DNA of 7,793 nt from a virus (lineage: Duplodnaviria; Heunggongvirae; Uroviricota; Caudoviricetes): the IMG/VR virus record IMGVR_UViG_2744054872_000002. One strand, written 5' to 3'. Shown here piece by piece: positions 6,331 to 7,793 of this stretch. How positions within the stretch are numbered: the first letter of the stretch is position 1; each line of letters opens with the position of its first letter. The notes beneath the pieces are model-generated. The model was not told where the DNA came from and did not search any database. It was given only the letters and a program-made list of their open reading frames with translations. The position numbers and the translations under genes are program-made.

Positions 6331-7493
6331 TGCTGGATGCACTGACATTTGATGCAGGCAGTACGCTGACGCCGGATTACATGCTGATGCTCGACAGCAG
6401 GGATATTACCGGCAATATCAGCGACCGTCTGATGAGCATGACCCTGACGGATAACCGGGGCTTTGAGGCTGACCAGCTTGATATTGAACTGAACGATGCC
6501 GACGGGCAGGTCGGACTACCGATTCGTGGCGCTGTCCTGACGGTGTATATCGGCTGGAAAGGTTTTGCCCTGGTATGCAAAGGGAAATTTACCGTTGATG
6601 AGGTTGAACACCGGGGCGCACCGGATGTGGTCACCATCCGCGCCCGGAGTGCAGATTTTCGCGGGACGCTCAATTCCCGCCGTGAAGGCTCATGGCATGA
6701 CACCACGCTCGGTGCGATTGTTGAGGCGATAGCCTCCCGTAACAGGCTGGAAGCCAGTGTCGCTCCGTCACTGGCCGGAATTAAAATCCCGCACATCGAC
6801 CAGTCGCAGGAGTCTGATGCGAAATTTCTGACCCGTCTTGCAGAACGCAACGGCGGTGAGGTGTCGGTAAAAATGGGAAAACTGCTGTTTCTCAAAGCGG
6901 GGCAGGGGGTGACGGCCAGCGGTAAAAAAATCCCGCAGGTCACCATCACCCGCAGCGACGGTGACCGCCATCATTTTGCGATTGCTGACCGTGGAGCCTA
7001 CACCGGCGTAACGGCAAAGTGGTTACACACCAAAGACCCGAAGCCGCAAAAGCAGAAGGTAAAACTGAAACGCAAAAAGAAAGAGAAACACCTGCGCGCA
7101 CTGGAGCACCCGAAAGCGAAACCGGTCAGGCAGAAGAAAGCGCCTAAAGTACCGGAAGCGCGTGAAGGTGAATACATGGCCGGTGAGGCTGACAACGTTT
7201 TTGCCCTGACCACGGTATATGCCACGAAAGCGCAGGCCATGCGCGCCGCTCAGGCGAAGTGGGATAAACTGCAACGGGGCGTTGCGGAGTTCTCCATCAG
7301 CCTGGCTACCGGTCGGGCTGATATTTACACGGAAACACCGGTTAAAGTGTCAGGCTTTAAGCGCGTCATAGACGAGCAGGACTGGACAATCACTAAGGTG
7401 ACACATTTTCTGAATAATAGCGGCTTCACGACGTCCTTAGAGCTTGAGGTCAGGCTTTCTGATGTGGAGTACGAAACAGAAGATGATGAGTGA
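6330..7493 (+). CDS. D: Tail protein gpD-like (baseplate hub / late tail gene D)
   Basis: 387 aa, translationally coupled to U through the ATG at 6330, and last gene of the FETUD-type operon. It contains an internal Lys-rich basic segment. Confidence 0.9.
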   Translation: MLDALTFDAGSTLTPDYMLMLDSRDITGNISDRLMSMTLTDNRGFEADQLDIELNDADGQVGLPIRGAVLTVYIGWKGFALVCKGKFTVDEVEHRGAPDVVTIRARSADFRGTLNSRREGSWHDTTLGAIVEAIASRNRLEASVAPSLAGIKIPHIDQSQESDAKFLTRLAERNGGEVSVKMGKLLFLKAGQGVTASGKKIPQVTITRSDGDRHHFAIADRGAYTGVTAKWLHTKDPKPQKQKVKLKRKKKEKHLRALEHPKAKPVRQKKAPKVPEAREGEYMAGEADNVFALTTVYATKAQAMRAAQAKWDKLQRGVAEFSISLATGRADIYTETPVKVSGFKRVIDEQDWTITKVTHFLNNSGFTTSLELEVRLSDVEYETEDDE

Positions 7494-7511
7494 TGTTTTT
7501 ATTTTATCTGT

Positions 7512-7540
7512 TTGTTTTATAAGGAAAAATTAACTAAAAT
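7512..7540 (+). promoter_or_regulatory. Candidate sigma70 promoter for ogr (TTGTTT -35, 17-bp spacer, TAAAAT -10)
   Basis: TTGTTT at 7512-7517 and TAAAAT at 7535-7540 are separated by exactly 17 bp in an AT-rich spacer after the D stop codon. This would place the transcript start near 7547, upstream of the Shine-Dalgarno GAGG at 7563-7566. Confidence 0.45.
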
Positions 7541-7574
7541 GGCACCATCAACAAAACCGGAAGAGGTGCTCGCG

Positions 7575-7793
7575 ATGTTTCATTGTCCTTTATGCCAGCA
7601 TGCCGCACATGCGCGTACAAGCCGCTATATCACTGACACGACAAAAGAGCGTTATCACCAGTGTCAGAACGTGAATTGCAGCGCCACGTTCATCACTTAT
7701 GAGTCGGTACAGCGATACATCGTGAAGCCGGGAGAAGTCCACGCCGTGAGGCCGCACCCGTTGCCGTCAGGGCAGCAAATTATGTGGATGTAA
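7575..7793 (+). CDS. ogr: Late-gene transcription activator Ogr (Cys4 zinc-finger, P2 Ogr / P4 Delta family)
   Basis: From the internal ATG at 7575 the product is 72 aa, MFHCPLCQHAAHARTSRYITDTTKERYHQCQNVNCSATF..., with a Cys-X2-Cys-X22-Cys-X4-Cys arrangement. The ORF-track start at 7512 is a TTG that overlaps the putative -35 element and has no ribosome-binding site, so 7575 is the likely true start. The stop is at the window end. Confidence 0.9.
   Translation: MFHCPLCQHAAHARTSRYITDTTKERYHQCQNVNCSATFITYESVQRYIVKPGEVHAVRPHPLPSGQQIMWM

Noticed and set aside
6377-6949. 190-aa minus-strand ORF antisense to D, plus smaller antisense ORFs at 6768-6974, 6998-7240 and 7023-7274
   Set aside because: All are embedded antisense in gpD, are Ser/Arg/Pro-rich or Phe/Arg-rich, and lack translation signals; likely spurious.
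7491-7520. T-rich run after the D stop as an intrinsic terminator for the tail operon
   Set aside because: No convincing GC-rich stem immediately upstream. The T-rich stretch is better read as the AT-rich ogr promoter region, and termination here cannot be supported from sequence alone.
7512-7574. N-terminal extension of ogr (MFYKEKLTKMAPSTKPEEVLA) from a TTG start
   Set aside because: The TTG coincides with the putative -35 hexamer and no ribosome-binding site precedes it or the in-frame ATG at 7539. The conserved Zn-finger protein begins at MFHCPLC (7575), which has a good Shine-Dalgarno sequence.
1-7793. Search for CRISPR arrays, tRNA or ncRNA genes, insertion-sequence ends, toxin-antitoxin pairs or a novel defence cassette
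   Set aside because: No repeat-spacer periodicity, no tRNA-like cloverleaf candidates and no terminal inverted repeats with transposase were seen. Every sizeable ORF is accounted for by tail-module genes or the invertase, and the accessory slot between the fibre genes and FI is occupied by the inversion system.

Overview
This window is the tail-gene module of a P2-like (Peduovirus-type) enterobacterial prophage, and I do not see a novel defence or other undescribed system in it. On the + strand the order is: DNA invertase (Gin/Hin/Pin/Cin family), tail sheath FI, tail tube FII, chaperone E with its -1 frameshift product E+E', tape measure T, tail proteins U and D, and the Zn-finger late activator Ogr. 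The left edge (1-510, minus strand) carries a tail-fibre C-terminal cassette read away from the invertase, with a gix/hix-like 26-bp crossover site at 457-482. The most notable feature is therefore a Mu/P1-style invertible tail-fibre host-range switch sitting where canonical P2 carries the accessory Z/fun locus, between the tail-fibre genes and FI. The invertible segment continues beyond the left edge, so only one cassette and one crossover site are visible. All product calls rest on reading the supplied translations against remembered P2, Mu and Hin/Gin proteins; nothing was searched or computed beyond manual codon reading.
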